From NCBI GenBank assembly GCA_964106645.2, contig OZ067041.1: a DNA stretch of 64,000 nucleotides; one strand, 5' to 3'. This document shows, piece by piece, positions 61,742 through 64,000 of this stretch. Position 1 is the first letter of the stretch, and each line of letters begins with the position of its first letter. Both the position numbers and the translations under genes were made by a program. The notes under the pieces are model-generated. The model was given only the letters and a program-made list of their open reading frames with translations, made no database searches and was not told where the DNA came from. Source of the DNA: Podarcis pityusensis. Lineage: Eukaryota.

Positions 61742-61849
61742 CCCTGTGGATATGAGAAAACCAAATCCACAATTAAGCAATGAATCTTGGATGCTTATTT
61801 GCAATGCCATGTGCATGAAATGGCCAGGTATCCAGAAATTAAAGGTAAT

Positions 61850-62390
61850 GGGAGGGGGTTTACTCCAGCGAGGTATTTATCCAAGCTAGAAAAACCCAAA
61901 TTTAGATGATCGTTTACCCTTGCCAGGCTCAATGTCCTACCATCTGCATTACTGCAGGCTGATTTGAAGGTAAAACATTCAGAGAGAATATGCCGATGTG
62001 GTTTGAAGGAAGTTGAAGCTGTTACTCATGTCCTACAATACTGTCATTATTATAGGGACATATGTTCTATATTTATCACTCCAATCATGCAGCGAATCCC
62101 AAGCAGATCTGATGACCACTACTTCAAATATCTAATAGAGGAAAGTGGCTAAATTCTGTGCTGCTGCTGCTATAAAATTAAAGAGACAAGCTCTGAATGA
62201 ATTTAATGGCCAATGTCTTTAACACACGTATTTTAAAATGGCAGTTAAGGTTTTAGCCTACATATTTCAATTGTTTTATATCTGTATTATTTATCGTGTT
62301 CTAGCTTATAGAGTTTAAATTTATTTATATTTACATGTTCTCTATTGCTGTATATGTCTGCATTTCTGGTCTGTGACTGTAATAAATCAA
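61850..62390 (+). mobile_element. RTE-X-like LINE 3' fragment (ORF2 CCHC knuckle and 3' UTR)
   Basis: SFTLARLNVLPSALL...ERICRCGLKEVEAVTHVLQYCHYYRD; 3' end GGTCTGTGACTGTAATAAA. Confidence 0.75.
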
Positions 62391-62814
62391 TTTAAAGCTG
62401 CTCTCCTTGAAAGGAGAACCAACCCAGAAGATCCTGGACCCCCTCCCCACTGATTTACAGCCAGTAGGTTGGCCCCCACCACAAAATCACACCTCTCCAC
62501 TCTGTCTTGCACTGGTGGTTAACTCAGGAGGTTAAGAGGGATAAAAAGCACCAGGCCAATGTGAACGGTTTTTTTTGGATGGGGGGTTAGGAAGAAGGGT
62601 GGCAGTGTGCAGTTTTTATATTCATCTAGTAGTTAGTGAATGGCAGCATTGCTTTATTGTTTGTATATTGCTTACATTTCTACCGCTATGTGTTGAGCTG
62701 CTGTATTGTTTTTGTTCCCAATAGGAATAAGAATAGGCTGTATTTACATATTTGCGGTCATTGCAGTTGCACTAAACCAACCCTTGTTTTCAACCTCTGA
62801 CACAATCCATGACA

Positions 62815-62820
62815 TTTAAT
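62815..62820 (-). terminator. Candidate ATP6AP2 polyadenylation signal (ATTAAA on minus)
   Basis: TTTAAT on plus about 620 nt past the stop; an alternative AATAAA (minus) is at 62653-62658. Confidence 0.5.
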
Positions 62821-63435
62821 TACAAGAGCCTGCAAATTCTAATGTTTTCTGTTATAGTCACATGTATTTTCTTCCTTGTTCAAACTCCTGTACATTTTTA
62901 AACAAATGTTCAATCTGAACAAAATTTGTAGGGTGCCTTATAAGTGTGTACACACAAAGCAGGAGCTGCAGAATAGAAGTTCCACGGTAGATCTCTAAAG
63001 ACGGCAATTTAAAGTATTTACATTCACAACATATTTAATTCATAATCTACAACAGAGTCTCAAGGTAACATCCTAAATCACCAGTGCAAAGAATTTAAAC
63101 AAAGCAACTTACTAGCATATGTTCAGTGCAGTCATTTCACACATTTAGTCACAACAGTACAGAGGAGCATATTTAGAACTCAATGCATATTGCACAGCCA
63201 CAAAATGGAATCATTTTCACATAGTGTCAATAGGCAATTACTCATGATTTAACAGCAGTGTACAGCTTCAGCTCTGCAAGCTGACTATGCCCACTGCTAG
63301 CCTTTTAAATATATCCTAAAGGAAAACACAAGGGGATACTCCACATTGCACCGCTGAAGAAAACCAAGAGAGTCCATACTGAACCAGGCCAAAGCCCTGG
63401 AAAAGCCTTACGCCTTTAAAACCTGACTCTAAACC

Positions 63436-63630
63436 TTAATCCATCCTAATCTTCTGGTTTGTCATTCTATAAATGATGCTGTCGTAGCCTGGATCCATAT
63501 TCCAGAGGTTGTAGGAGATGACTATCACAGCTATGGTAAGGGCTATCATCATCCAGAAGACTATGTTGAAGACCACAGCATAGTTAAAGTTGTATTCATA
63601 TCCTAAATTATATGGATTTTCATCTTTGGG
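63436..63630 (-). CDS. ATP6AP2: ATP6AP2 ((pro)renin receptor) last coding exon; the rest of the gene lies beyond the window
   Basis: [64 protein letters not shown]: TM helix and cytosolic tail; AG acceptor at 63631-63632. Confidence 0.97.
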   Translation of the reverse strand, partial: PKDENPYNLGYEYNFNYAVVFNIVFWMMIALTIAVIVISYNLWNMDPGYDSIIYRMTNQKIRMD

Positions 63631-63721
63631 CTATGAAAAGAGACAAAAAGTTTTGTTAAAAAATAAAAGAGGAGTGGTAATCCAACACCATACTGATTAC
63701 ACCTGCCTGAAAGAAACGGGG

Positions 63722-64000
63722 AGTTCAAAGTTCAAATTTTATTAAACGGTCACAGACCAGGTTAACTCGTACAGCTAGTCAGCGAAGCATAACACCGGAA
63801 AAAACAAAGGACAATTTCAATACAGATTAGGCCATAACAGCAATTTGAAATTAGACAGCATAAATAAAATTAAGTATTTGCCTTCGCCTGCATATTGACA
63901 TTGGAAAGCTCTTGTTTCCTGCGCCTAATAGCGGCTACACAGAATTTAGCAACATTGATCGTAATTTCAGGAACCTTATCTTCTACCAAGGCTCTCATAC
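63722..64000 (-). mobile_element. RTE-X-like LINE 3' end in ATP6AP2 last intron
   Basis: Minus strand CTGGTCTGTGACCGTTTAATAAA with (TTTGAAC)2 tail; matches the 3' motif near 62366-62386. Confidence 0.6.

Noticed and set aside
61964-62152. Cys/His-rich 62-aa ORF as a zinc-finger gene
   Set aside because: It is the C-terminal CCHC knuckle of a truncated non-LTR retrotransposon ORF2

Overview
AT-rich vertebrate genomic DNA from a squamate reptile (Sauria SINEs; probably a lacertid lizard), covering the conserved MED14-CXorf38-ATP6AP2 block. I reconstructed by hand the complete MED14 gene on + (31 coding exons, 8513-42558, 4323 nt, 1440 aa), including a 27-nt microexon and a U12-type minor intron. 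A CXorf38 (DUF4559) orthologue follows on + (7 exons, 44879-58033, about 331 aa) with an RxxxxH HEPN-like motif and a probable GC-AG last intron. The last coding exon of ATP6AP2 lies on - (63436-63630). The least expected feature is between CXorf38 and ATP6AP2: an intronless, compacted, multiply disabled INCENP-derived sequence (about 60642-61497) in which the N-terminal domain, SAH helix and IN-box can be read across frameshifts. Introns hold many transposon relics: pogo/Tigger-like MITEs, hAT MITEs with 8-bp TSDs, Sauria and other tRNA-derived SINEs, and CR1/L2/RTE-X fragments. All homology calls are by eye from remembered sequences; no search was run.
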